Positions 1 through 8,530 of a DNA stretch of 64,000 nucleotides are shown here, in pieces. Made by a program: the position numbers and the translations under genes. This stretch comes from a virus. The number at the start of each line of letters is the position of its first letter. The first letter of the stretch is position 1. The stretch covers positions 10,764 through 74,763 of IMG/VR virus record IMGVR_UViG_3300037156_000189. The stretch is one strand, 5' to 3'. The notes beneath the pieces were generated by a model. It was given only the letters and a program-made list of their open reading frames with translations, had not been told where the DNA came from and did not search any database.

Positions 1-280
1 CTTCCGTTTCCAATTGGAAGAGAGTCGCATCTCCTCTCTTACCGTCTTTTACGTCAACGTCTACGACCGTGAGGATTCCGCCCTCGCCGAGATGTCCGGT
101 CGACACCGCAACGTTTTTCGGCTTTCCATTCCACCATACTGCAACCTGCGCCGGGTCAGTAGTCGCTCTCTCGGGATAATTTTTAATCGCGGGCAATTTA
201 CCGTTGACTTCGCACGGGAATACCGGCAGACCGCTCTTGGCCAGGAGTGCCGCGAATTCCGATTGAGAGGTGGTGGTCAC
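1..280 (-). CDS. Bifunctional DNA primase/polymerase (prim-pol) N-terminal domain; partial, runs off the window
   Basis: Not in the ORF track. GTG at 280 overlaps the methylase stop. Translates MTTTSQSEFAALLAKSGLPVFPCEVNGKLPAIKNYPERATTDPAQVAVWWNGKPKNVAVSTG...VVDVDVKDG, with prim-pol motifs VFPC, ATTD, WW and DxD. Confidence 0.85.
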   Translation of the reverse strand, partial: MTTTSQSEFAALLAKSGLPVFPCEVNGKLPAIKNYPERATTDPAQVAVWWNGKPKNVAVSTGHLGEGGILTVVDVDVKDGKRGDATLFQLETE

Positions 281-1494
281 GAGAGAACCTCTGCAAGGAG
301 GCGACGATTCGCCATTGCGATGTAATCCGCGTTCAATTCTATGCCGATGAAATCCCGCTGGTGGCGCAAAGCGACAACACCCGTCGTTCCTGATCCCGCG
401 AAAGGATCGAGAACGACTCCCCCAATTGGGGATCCGGCGAGGACGCAAGGCTCGATCAACTTGGGCGGGAAGGTAGCGAAGTGAGCTTCTTTGAAGGGCT
501 GCGTAGCGACAGTCCACACATCGCGTTTGTTGCGAGTCTCTTTCGCAGGAATCCCCAAAGACGATCGCTCGGTGCCCCCGCTTATTAAGCCGCCTGTACG
601 TGCAATAGCCTGCTCCGCCAGTTTGCGCGAAGATGGGCCACCAACCGCTTTCATCGGCCCGTTCGTCTTTCCCGGTACACGGTCAGAACCCTTTTGATTC
701 TCGATGTCCTGATCCCAGCGGGCCAAAGAAGAAGAAGCGCAAGGTTCCTTGATCGCTTCATGATCGAAATAATACTTCTCTGATTTCGTCAACAGGAACA
801 GATACTCATGGCTCTTGGTGCAGCGGTCGGTCACGCTCTCGGGCATCGGGTTTGGCTTGGCCCAGATGATGTCCTGCCGCAGATACCAGCCATCGGTGCG
901 GAGAGCGAAGGCGAGCATCCAGGGAATACCTACAAGGTCTTTGTGCTTCAATCCGTATTTAGTACAATCACGTTTTGGATTGTAGTCTGACCTATCGCCA
1001 CGGCCCCGGTGTGAACTTTCGTCTCCGTGTCCCCCAACTCCTCCAGCGAGCGTTTCAGCAGGCATCCCGGTTCCGCCGCGCGCAGCGGCGTAAGAATCCC
1101 CAATATTCAACCACAACGTTCCGTCATCTCGCAGTGTTCGCCTGACTCCACGGAATATTTCAACGGCGTGCTCGACGTACAATTCGGGTGTCGGTTCCAA
1201 CCCAAACGATCCGAGCCACGCGCCGCAGTTTATGCAAAATCTTCCACGTGCTGCGTCTCTTCCATAACCCTCGCCGCGGCCATTCTTATCGGTTGGAGTA
1301 CCGCTTCCGCCACGGTTGCTACCGGGAATTGTTGCGCCCCATTCGTGTTTGCAAGACAACTCGCCACCCCAAATTTGTGGCTCGGATTTATAGTCCCGCA
1401 AACCCCAATAAGGAGGCGACGTAATGCAGCATTGAATGGACTCGCTTTCCATCTCTCGCAACCTATCGAGTACGTTCCCTTGCAGCATTTTCAT
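277..1494 (-). CDS. DNA methyltransferase, N4-C/N6-A beta class
   Basis: TSPPYW (motif IV), IIWAKPNPMPESV, HFATFP and VLDPFAGSGTT (motif I). ATGA coupling at 1494. Confidence 0.93.
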   Translation of the reverse strand: MKMLQGNVLDRLREMESESIQCCITSPPYWGLRDYKSEPQIWGGELSCKHEWGATIPGSNRGGSGTPTDKNGRGEGYGRDAARGRFCINCGAWLGSFGLEPTPELYVEHAVEIFRGVRRTLRDDGTLWLNIGDSYAAARGGTGMPAETLAGGVGGHGDESSHRGRGDRSDYNPKRDCTKYGLKHKDLVGIPWMLAFALRTDGWYLRQDIIWAKPNPMPESVTDRCTKSHEYLFLLTKSEKYYFDHEAIKEPCASSSLARWDQDIENQKGSDRVPGKTNGPMKAVGGPSSRKLAEQAIARTGGLISGGTERSSLGIPAKETRNKRDVWTVATQPFKEAHFATFPPKLIEPCVLAGSPIGGVVLDPFAGSGTTGVVALRHQRDFIGIELNADYIAMANRRLLAEVLS

Positions 1495-2006
1495 CGTTCT
1501 TTCCAAGGCTGGCCCGGTGATTCGCGCGCGGCCTGCGCCTGCTCACGTTGAGCGAAAACGCATTCCAGCATGCAGTTGAAAGCCGCGGCGGCCAGATGCG
1601 CCTGCAAAGTCCCCAGCTTGTCGTGCGGAATCTCGTCCTCGTACTGCAACAAGTGCTTCCGGGCATGCCTCAGAATCTCTTCCTTCTGGTGGCGCCCAAT
1701 CTTCCGCACACTGCCAGCGGCCTCGAAAGCATCGGCGCCGAACTTCTCATGGCCTAAGCGGCCGATGTCGTTCATCAGGGTGAGGAAGTCACTATGAAGA
1801 AAGGGGAACGGAGGCGTCACTATGATGGTTCTGTCTTGTTTGAGCACGGCAATTTCTTCTGCCATTGCGTTGAACACCTTGACCAGGGCTTCACCAACAG
1901 CATAGTCCTCAACTCGGCCAACGTATGCCCCGTCCAAACGGAGAACTCTGTAACCGCCGGCATCAGCGCCATAGTCACTATGCCTCGATTCAATTTCCAG
2001 TTTCAT
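1491..2006 (-). CDS. Putative dATP/dGTP diphosphohydrolase-like (DUF5664-type) protein
   Basis: C-terminal GHEKFGAD...ILRHARKHLLQY...D...AHLAAAAFN resembles the family pattern GAxKYG..W...RHL...D.ESGL.HLAHAA.N. Confidence 0.55.
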   Translation of the reverse strand: MKLEIESRHSDYGADAGGYRVLRLDGAYVGRVEDYAVGEALVKVFNAMAEEIAVLKQDRTIIVTPPFPFLHSDFLTLMNDIGRLGHEKFGADAFEAAGSVRKIGRHQKEEILRHARKHLLQYEDEIPHDKLGTLQAHLAAAAFNCMLECVFAQREQAQAARESPGQPWKER

Positions 2007-2164
2007 TGGAACCCTTTCCCCTTCGGATCAGGCTTGATCCGTTCCCCGCACTTGCTGCAACGAGCTTCGCGCTCCTCGAAGTCAAACAGGATGCGCTCGC
2101 CCTCGTCGATGTTACGGGTGCATTGGACGCACTCGCCCTTGAATTTTGCTGTCATCCAGTTCAC
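2003..2164 (-). CDS. Small zinc-finger protein (53 aa)
   Basis: MNWMTAKFKGECVQCTRNIDEGERILFDFEEREARCSKCGE...; two CxxC; coupled at both ends. Confidence 0.7.
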   Translation of the reverse strand: MNWMTAKFKGECVQCTRNIDEGERILFDFEEREARCSKCGERIKPDPKGKGFQ

Positions 2165-2421
2165 ATGGCCCTCTCTTTCTCGATCTTCGCCTTCGTCGCC
2201 TGATACTGCTCTTTATTCCAAACGAGCAGGCACAAATGAAGCTCGTTGTTCATGACAGCGCCGATCACGTTGCCCGCGACGCCGATGGTGATATCGGTGT
2301 CCTTGCCTTTGTGGACTGCATTCATGTGGCGCAGGTTTTCACTCGTTGAAAGACGAATGTCAAGGTTGTCATCGCACATCCGTTTCAAGATGTCGAAAGA
2401 ACTGATTTTGGTTTCACTCAC
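2161..2421 (-). CDS. Hypothetical protein
   Basis: Translationally coupled ORF in the operon. Confidence 0.7.
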   Translation of the reverse strand: MSETKISSFDILKRMCDDNLDIRLSTSENLRHMNAVHKGKDTDITIGVAGNVIGAVMNNELHLCLLVWNKEQYQATKAKIEKERAM

Positions 2422-2699
2422 CGCTGTTTCCTCTCTTCAATCCTGCGCACTAATTCGCCAGCGATATCTTCCTCGTTCAAGTGCTTCCATGGGTTCGGCT
2501 CACCTGCAGATCGAACAATCTGGATGGCCGCATCGCACCACTCTACGGCAGAACGAAAGCCGGCTGAAATATTCTCCCCCTTGGAAAGAAAGGTCAACGC
2601 CGCTGACAGTCCTTCTCCATCTGGCACAGCGTCCTTGGCCATCTTGAGAAATACAAACTTTTTGAAGTTTGGCCCCAACGGACGTTTCGGATCACTCAT
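2418..2699 (-). CDS. Hypothetical protein
   Basis: Starts MSDPKRP after a GAGG ribosome-binding site; fills the gap after the polymerase. Confidence 0.7.
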   Translation of the reverse strand: MSDPKRPLGPNFKKFVFLKMAKDAVPDGEGLSAALTFLSKGENISAGFRSAVEWCDAAIQIVRSAGEPNPWKHLNEEDIAGELVRRIEERKQR

Positions 2700-2709
2700 C
2701 TCAAATACC

Positions 2710-4755
2710 TCAGTTCTTGCGATATCGTTTTGCGTGATATCCCTCCGCGGCCAACGGCAATCCTGGTGCGTAACTTGGTGTAGTGGACATGATCGCCACC
2801 ATGCGCTCAAGCGCGTACTGCGCGCGGAACTTCTGGACTTCAGCCACGGGCTCATCGTGGACGTGCATTACGATTGGTATACCTTCAGCCTCAATCGTGG
2901 TCATCGCAGTGGCCAGGAGATCACGGCAGAAGCCTTGCGTTGCGTTCTCAGCAAGCGGGCCTCCGTGAGTTGACACACGCATCCACCTGCCCTTGGAATT
3001 CGGATCGGGGAGGACTTTCTTTTTCTGAGCGAAATCGACGATCGTCATGAACGTGAGAGCTTCCTTCTCCGCTCCCCACGGTGTCATGACTGTGCGAATT
3101 TCCGGATACGGATAGCAGAGAGCGCGATTGCTTGGCAGCAGCATCCACAGGAAAGATCCGGCCTTGCGGAACTTCACTTGACGGCCTGGGAGGCCAACTG
3201 CGAAGACCCCGCTCGACTCCATAGAGTCCATTGCTGCCCGCTCAAGGGCGTACCAGTAAGAAACCGTCTTTCGATTGGCTTCGCGCCAGGCCGTTTTGAT
3301 TGTGTCAGCCTCGGCATCAGGAACCTTGACATTGTAATTTTTGGCCATGGATTGAAAGGCACCTACTGAACCTCCATAACCCAGAGCCAAAATCGAAACC
3401 TTGCCTATCAATCTTTGAAACCAATTCACTTCATCCATCGGTACGTGATAGATACCAGACGCCGCGTGCTCATAAATCTTGCCATGAGTGCGGAATACTT
3501 CAAGCACGTTGTCCTGTCCTGCGAGCCACGGGAGCGCGCGGGCCTCGACCTGGGAGAAGTCGCAAGCTACTAACTCATTCCCTTCGGAGGCGACCAGCAT
3601 CCCACGAAGACAATCGGAGATAGCCGTCATGCTTGGACCGTAAAAGAAGTCGAGCATCTCCTTGTTGTCGAATAGCTCGAACATCGCGTCAACATCTTTT
3701 TGCTTCGTCTCCAGGCGGGGCCTAGGAAGATTTTGACATTGTACTCCGCGTCCGGCCCAACGGCCCGTAGATGCCGCATGGAACTGGTGCATATTGCGCA
3801 TGCGACCGTCAGTGGACGCCTTCTCCCGCATAGTAACCAGCTTCGCTGTGGAGGACTTGGCCGCTTCCTGGCGGAGTTCCAACGCGCGGCGCACGGCAGG
3901 CGGGAGGCCAATCGGAACAGTCTGCCCGTCGTCATCGATTCCGTCGCTTTCTTCTTCGGCCAAAGCATCCAGCACATCTGCCTTGGCCAGCCCGTCCATC
4001 TCGACGCCCTGGGATTTAATCCACTTGCCGAGCATCTGGACCTCGGTGCAAGCGCCAACCACACCTCCGGTGACCTTGAGCATCTCAGCGTTCAGCCTCT
4101 TCTGTTCGGACTGGATAATCGCAATCGCCTTGTCGGCGCTCGTGAGATCACACATGACGCCGCGGTTGTTGATCTTGTAGTCCAGTTCCCACAAAGCGCA
4201 TTCGGACGGAGACAATTCCATCAGACGCTCAAGACAGGAAAGCTCGGTGCGCACGTCCTGCGCGTTGTATTCGTAGAGCCTGAGAAATTTGTCGAGGGAT
4301 TCCGGAGTGCGGCGCCACATGCTGCCGTCTTTCTTCGGTTTGCTTAGCTGCAGCATGATCCGGTGGCCTGCAGCGTCCTTGCGCTGGTCGACGCCCAGGG
4401 CAGGTGCGGCGTCGTCCAGGGCTCCCGGCAGGGCCATCGCGTAGGCCCGCACCATGGAGCAGCGGACCTGACGGATGGGGAGGGGAATCCAGCCATACTT
4501 ACGGACGCAACAGAGATTCCAGATCGCTAGTTCGAACTGAGCGTTCCAGGCGGTGAGGATGCCACCGGCCGCGATGTGGGCTGCGAGGTCTGCGGGGAAC
4601 AAATCGTTTTCAAACCAAGTCTTGATGTGGTCGGGATCGGGGCCATAAGAGAGGCAATGAACGCCGGTAGATGGGTCTGTGGCGTAGTTGTGCAAGCCTG
4701 ATTTCTTCAGGTCTATTCGGGAAAAAGTTTCATAGTCAATTCCAAAAGAGGGCAT
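2710..4755 (-). CDS. polA: Phage family A DNA polymerase (APSE/Xp10-like) with 3'-5' exonuclease
   Basis: ExoI IDYETFS, STGRW, motif A ACDFSQVEAR, motif B RLIGKVSILALGYG, motif C HVHDE. Confidence 0.95.
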   Translation of the reverse strand: MPSFGIDYETFSRIDLKKSGLHNYATDPSTGVHCLSYGPDPDHIKTWFENDLFPADLAAHIAAGGILTAWNAQFELAIWNLCCVRKYGWIPLPIRQVRCSMVRAYAMALPGALDDAAPALGVDQRKDAAGHRIMLQLSKPKKDGSMWRRTPESLDKFLRLYEYNAQDVRTELSCLERLMELSPSECALWELDYKINNRGVMCDLTSADKAIAIIQSEQKRLNAEMLKVTGGVVGACTEVQMLGKWIKSQGVEMDGLAKADVLDALAEEESDGIDDDGQTVPIGLPPAVRRALELRQEAAKSSTAKLVTMREKASTDGRMRNMHQFHAASTGRWAGRGVQCQNLPRPRLETKQKDVDAMFELFDNKEMLDFFYGPSMTAISDCLRGMLVASEGNELVACDFSQVEARALPWLAGQDNVLEVFRTHGKIYEHAASGIYHVPMDEVNWFQRLIGKVSILALGYGGSVGAFQSMAKNYNVKVPDAEADTIKTAWREANRKTVSYWYALERAAMDSMESSGVFAVGLPGRQVKFRKAGSFLWMLLPSNRALCYPYPEIRTVMTPWGAEKEALTFMTIVDFAQKKKVLPDPNSKGRWMRVSTHGGPLAENATQGFCRDLLATAMTTIEAEGIPIVMHVHDEPVAEVQKFRAQYALERMVAIMSTTPSYAPGLPLAAEGYHAKRYRKN

Positions 4756-4780
4756 GGGGATTCTTTCTGAGAGTGCCTAT

Positions 4781-5113
4781 TTATTCGATTGGGTAAAGTG
4801 CGTCAGCAATAATCTTCCGTGGCACTTCATGAGCGCGCTGGCGCATCATCCACAACGGATCGTTGGTGTCAGTCCCCTGGAGCGCCTCGAACCATGCTGC
4901 GAGTTTCTTCAACCCATCCTCAAGTGCCGCAGTACGCTGCTCCGCTAAAAGTAAATCGATCGCGAGGTCCATCCCCACGAGAGTTTCCGTGTCTTTTCCT
5001 TCATTCATCAATCGCAGGCCCATGTCCTCGGAACTGTCGATTAGTTCCACACACCGGCTATTCCAGAGATTGATTCCGTCGTTCTTCAATTCCTCGCGAG
5101 TCTTCATTTTCAT
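4781..5113 (-). CDS. Hypothetical protein
   Basis: GAGGGAG ribosome-binding site; fits the operon. Confidence 0.7.
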   Translation of the reverse strand: MKMKTREELKNDGINLWNSRCVELIDSSEDMGLRLMNEGKDTETLVGMDLAIDLLLAEQRTAALEDGLKKLAAWFEALQGTDTNDPLWMMRQRAHEVPRKIIADALYPIE

Positions 5114-5128
5114 TTCTCCCTCTTAAAT

Positions 5129-5223
5129 TACGTGGGGCTTCTCATTCACGGATCAATGCCATCGCCGCTGATCTTGCCACCTTTTCGAAGGGTAGCTCTG
5201 CGTGTAACACGCCGCCCCACGTA
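5129..5223 (-). ncRNA. Candidate structured intergenic RNA (four-way junction)
   Basis: 10-bp closing stem TACGTGGGGC/GCCCCACGTA enclosing three hairpins: GCGTG/CACGC, GCTACC/GGTGGC and GATCA/TGATC. Confidence 0.5.
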
Positions 5224-5235
5224 TCAAATTGAGAC

Positions 5236-5808
5236 TTAGCCGAAGATCGACGTTGCGGTCTTCCCGTTCGCCGCCCCGGCAGGCACGTCGACGGGCTCGA
5301 ATGCCTTGGATGCGGGGATGCGGCCGGAACCGAGCGGATCGTCGTCGCGCAGCTTCTGCACGTTCTGCAGGCCGAACGACACGCCCTTGTTGCCGGCGTT
5401 CTCGTAGGCAAAGGCGCGCACCTGGGCGCGGTACCACGCGCCAGAGTACACGTCAGCGTCGTCGATAATGTCCTGCAGCTTGGCGTCGACGATGCCGGGC
5501 CGGCGATCTTCGTTGGCGGAGAAGCTCATGATCACCCAGTCGTCACCGATGCCGACGATGGGGTTTTCGAGTTCCTCGTTCAAACGAAACGGGCTGCGGA
5601 GGGTCTTCGGGATTTTGTCACCCCATTTTTCCTGTGCGGCGGCCTGGGCTTCCTTCTTGAGCGCGTCGAGCTTTGCCCCGGGCGGGAACACGGCGCGGAT
5701 GGAATACTTGGGCTTGTTGGTTGTGCCGTCAGCATTCTTCATGCTGGTGGCGCGAAATACGCTGATGAACGCAGCGCGAAATTCAGGGGTCAAAAGGTTC
5801 TCGGACAT
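5236..5808 (-). CDS. Single-stranded DNA-binding protein (DUF2815 / gp2.5-like)
   Basis: PKYSIRAVF, RPGIVD and VYSGAWYRAQVRAFAYENAGNKGVSFGLQNVQKLRDDDPL; lies between Pol A and DUF2800. Confidence 0.9.
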   Translation of the reverse strand: MSENLLTPEFRAAFISVFRATSMKNADGTTNKPKYSIRAVFPPGAKLDALKKEAQAAAQEKWGDKIPKTLRSPFRLNEELENPIVGIGDDWVIMSFSANEDRRPGIVDAKLQDIIDDADVYSGAWYRAQVRAFAYENAGNKGVSFGLQNVQKLRDDDPLGSGRIPASKAFEPVDVPAGAANGKTATSIFG

Positions 5809-5885
5809 TTATTGCTCTCCTTGATGTTGTCGGTTGATAGCTGTGGTTGTCGGATATCGGCTTGGGGAGCGTAATGCTCTTGGCC

Positions 5886-7103
5886 TTACGAAAGTAAATC
5901 TTGAATGACTGGGCCCGCGAAAGCCGCCTTCGCGTCGATCCTTACTGGATCGCGCTTGTCCGAGATGTGAACCAGGGTGTGGCCGCTGGACTTCCGTTCC
6001 ACAAATGGTTCCAGCATCGCGGCGCGCTCCTTGGCGTTCTTGCCCGGAGCCAGTTTCTCAGCATCGCCTACGTTGATGAGTTCCTTGGGCTTCCAAACAT
6101 CTTTCTCATCGCAGCCGAGGTGCTTCGCCAGAGCGTAACCCGGATCCGGAAGACCTTCTTTCCACTTGCGGACAGCCAGCTTCTCGACCAACTTATAGTC
6201 GGGAATCTCAACGCCCTTCTCGGCCTCCTGGTAGGCAAACTCGCGGGTGTTTTTGATCCAAGCTTCCAAAATCGGAAGAAAATCGAGAGCGCGCGCGAGT
6301 TCCAGTGGATCGTAGGTAGGCACGGGAGGCAGGATCTCGCCGCTTGTCGGGACGATTGCAAATACCTGCTTCGCCAATGCCTGAGCCCTGTTTTTGATCG
6401 CAGGACATTTGGGAGACGCGGCACACCACCGGCAGCCCTTCTCGGAAGGTTTGAGAAAGTTGTCTTCCCACCCCTTCGAGCCTTTCGCCTGTTCAGCCGT
6501 GGCGGCGCGGCCTACCGCGTCCACCACATCTGCGTGCAAGTCCAGAAGATCGGCAACGTCGAAGTCCACGCTGCGGATCGGGCCGTCGGGATGATCGTAC
6601 CGCGGCTGGACGATGCCGATGTTGATCGTGCGGGCCGGCAGCTTCATGGTGATCAGCGTCGCCAGGGCGTAAATGCGGAGCTGGATGTTGCGCTCCACAT
6701 TGACGACCACCCCGGCGCCGTACTTCAGATCCCGCACGTAGAGGGTATGGGTATCCGGGTGCCAAGTGATGAAATCAGCGGTCCCGTATACCTCATTGTT
6801 GACCGCTACCTGCTTTTCCACATAGACCTTGGAGCCCTTAATCCGAATGCATTCATCGATGTAGATTTTGACGTGGTTGTGGATCTCGATCTCTTCACCA
6901 GGAAGCGGGGTTGGTATCGAGCCGTGCTGCGCGAAGTGCAGCAGCAGCCACTTCTCCGCGTAGGCGTGGGCTCGCGTGCCCTCATCAGCGTATTCGGATT
7001 CGCTCTCCGGCATGCCTTCGGAGAGCACGACTGAGCCGGGGCAGGTCATCCAGCGTTCTGCCCCTGACGGCGGGAGTTTGGAGTGAAGACTGGGGCTACC
7101 CAT
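5886..7103 (-). CDS. DUF2800 / Cas4-like PD-(D/E)XK exonuclease
   Basis: HSKLPPSGAERWMTCPGS, EGTRAH, GTADF, DLKYG, QLRIYA and CRWC..SPKCP. Confidence 0.9.
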   Translation of the reverse strand: MGSPSLHSKLPPSGAERWMTCPGSVVLSEGMPESESEYADEGTRAHAYAEKWLLLHFAQHGSIPTPLPGEEIEIHNHVKIYIDECIRIKGSKVYVEKQVAVNNEVYGTADFITWHPDTHTLYVRDLKYGAGVVVNVERNIQLRIYALATLITMKLPARTINIGIVQPRYDHPDGPIRSVDFDVADLLDLHADVVDAVGRAATAEQAKGSKGWEDNFLKPSEKGCRWCAASPKCPAIKNRAQALAKQVFAIVPTSGEILPPVPTYDPLELARALDFLPILEAWIKNTREFAYQEAEKGVEIPDYKLVEKLAVRKWKEGLPDPGYALAKHLGCDEKDVWKPKELINVGDAEKLAPGKNAKERAAMLEPFVERKSSGHTLVHISDKRDPVRIDAKAAFAGPVIQDLLS

Positions 7104-7254
7104 TGGCTGTCCCCCGTTCCGCGCGCGCTCTACGAACCGCTTCGGCATACGAAGCCTTGTCCCGTCTACCACGGCGCACGACATCAATACCTATGGTCGC
7201 GAGGTTGCAAGCGAGGCACACGAGAAGCGCCCCGAGTGTGATGTACCCAATCAT
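7096..7254 (-). CDS. Small membrane protein
   Basis: MIGYITLGALLVCLACNLATIGI followed by a basic tail. Confidence 0.6.
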   Translation of the reverse strand: MIGYITLGALLVCLACNLATIGIDVVRRGRRDKASYAEAVRRARAERGTANG

Positions 7255-7526
7255 TTCTTTACTCCTGTCTTGGCGAGCGCGTCTACTGCCCAAGCGGCTA
7301 CTGAAGCCCATGCGTGTTGGTTGCCGAGGCTTACGGGGTACTCGCGATAGGCAAGATCCCGTATTTTAACCAGTGCCGCATGGAGTTCCGGCGCCGCCGC
7401 CATCAAACGGGCGTCTGCTTCGATAAAATTCTCATTGCCGTAGCTCGGGGGCTTTGGACCGTCTATATTCCAATCGTTGTTGCATATCCAGCGCGCTGTC
7501 CACGGCCCCGGCGTGAAGCTACCCAT
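7251..7526 (-). CDS. Conserved small phage protein (TPGPW...ARLxAAAPEL family)
   Basis: FTPGPW and ADARLMAAAPELHAAL. Confidence 0.75.
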   Translation of the reverse strand: MGSFTPGPWTARWICNNDWNIDGPKPPSYGNENFIEADARLMAAAPELHAALVKIRDLAYREYPVSLGNQHAWASVAAWAVDALAKTGVKK

Positions 7527-8124
7527 TGAGAGTAGCTGCAAGTTCGTTCAACTTGACAGCCTCCAAGGCGAGGGCCTCGGTAACCCGGTTGCAGCCGAAG
7601 GCGCGCAGCTTCTCGATCGCCTCTTCCATGCTGTGCCTCGCAATGTAGCCGTTCAGCAAGGCGCGTAGCTCGTCCGCGGAGAGCTTTGCGGCTCCGTTGA
7701 CGGCTTGTGCGGCTGGAGTGGCTGTGGTGGCCTGAGCAGCCTCAGCAGCAGCGGCCTTCCGCGCGGCCTCGGCGGCCATGAGCTGATCTCCGGTGGTGGG
7801 AGGCCTGTCAGCCTGCGCAGCAGCATCGGCAGCCATCTCGGCCTTGGTGCGACGCTTGCGCGTGGTGGTCTCGGCTGTAGGTACGGGATCGGATTGGACG
7901 AGAGTGGGGCCGGTGGGAAGGTTATCACTGACAGCGGTGACGGCGGTCACAGGTTCGGATTGGAGGGGAACGCCGAAGATGGCTTCCTGCTCATTCTTTG
8001 GCGCTGGCGCTGGAAGGTTGGAATCAGTCCGACCGCAGAGAACGGACAAGAGCGCGATGAGGGCCTGCCCGTCTCGTTTGTTCGTGGAAGTGGTGTCGAA
8101 ATTGATGTCGAAATTGATGATCAT
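7519..8124 (-). CDS. Ala/Pro-rich phage protein of the Pol A-SSB-DUF2800 module
   Basis: RKRRTKAEM motif and C-terminal helical domain (LRAFGCNRVTE); syntenic position. Confidence 0.7.
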   Translation of the reverse strand: MIINFDINFDTTSTNKRDGQALIALLSVLCGRTDSNLPAPAPKNEQEAIFGVPLQSEPVTAVTAVSDNLPTGPTLVQSDPVPTAETTTRKRRTKAEMAADAAAQADRPPTTGDQLMAAEAARKAAAAEAAQATTATPAAQAVNGAAKLSADELRALLNGYIARHSMEEAIEKLRAFGCNRVTEALALEAVKLNELAATLNG

Positions 8125-8214
8125 TTGTTTGTAGCCTTTCTGATGTGAAGTTAACTGTAGATCACGTTGGTTGGGATTGCAAGTGGAAAATTTAGAGAAT
8201 TTTGGCACCAGATT

Positions 8215-8424
8215 CTACGGCTCAAATCCAGGCTGTAACTGGTACTCGGAATCAACAACTTTCCAAAACCGAGTTGCGTGGTCGTCCTTGCAAAGTTCCG
8301 CATTGATAGCATCCGCTACACGTTGCGCGCTTTTCTGACTCCAGAAAGTCAGTGGCAAAAAAGACTCTTCCGGGTAATCGCTACCGAAGTTATCGGTGTT
8401 GACTATCTTGAATAACTTTGTCAT
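8215..8424 (-). CDS. Small phage protein
   Basis: KIVNTDNFGSDYPEE...YQLQPGFEP. Confidence 0.7.
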   Translation of the reverse strand: MTKLFKIVNTDNFGSDYPEESFLPLTFWSQKSAQRVADAINAELCKDDHATRFWKVVDSEYQLQPGFEP

Positions 8425-8425
8425 C

Positions 8426-8530
8426 TCATTTCATCCTCTCTATAATATCTTTGCAAGCTTGGTGAGTATCCGAAAGCTGAAGGCGCAATGCAAGCGCGAC
8501 CGAATCTTTCCCGCCGACAACGTGTCTCAT
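8426..8530 (-). pseudogene. 34-aa remnant of a PAPS-reductase/PP-loop family gene
   Basis: MRHVVGGKDSVALALRL resembles a PP-loop start (xxVVxxSGGKDSxAL), then stops. Confidence 0.45.

Noticed and set aside
2710-4755. Intein or intron in the polymerase (also checked helicase and terL)
   Set aside because: Lengths and motif spacing are normal; no splice-junction motifs were seen.
5129-5223. tRNA gene (also considered 22216-22310 and the HNH leaders)
   Set aside because: No T-loop GTTCRA, D-loop or 7-nt anticodon loop in the right geometry.
3627-7034. Long antisense or alternative-frame ORFs over pol, SSB and DUF2800 (e.g. 5901-7034 +)
   Set aside because: Expected shadows of GC3-rich genes, with no ribosome-binding sites or recognisable motifs.
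5886-7103. Cas4-like nuclease as evidence of CRISPR-Cas
   Set aside because: It sits in the standard Pol A-SSB-DUF2800 replication module; no cas1 and no repeat-spacer array were seen.
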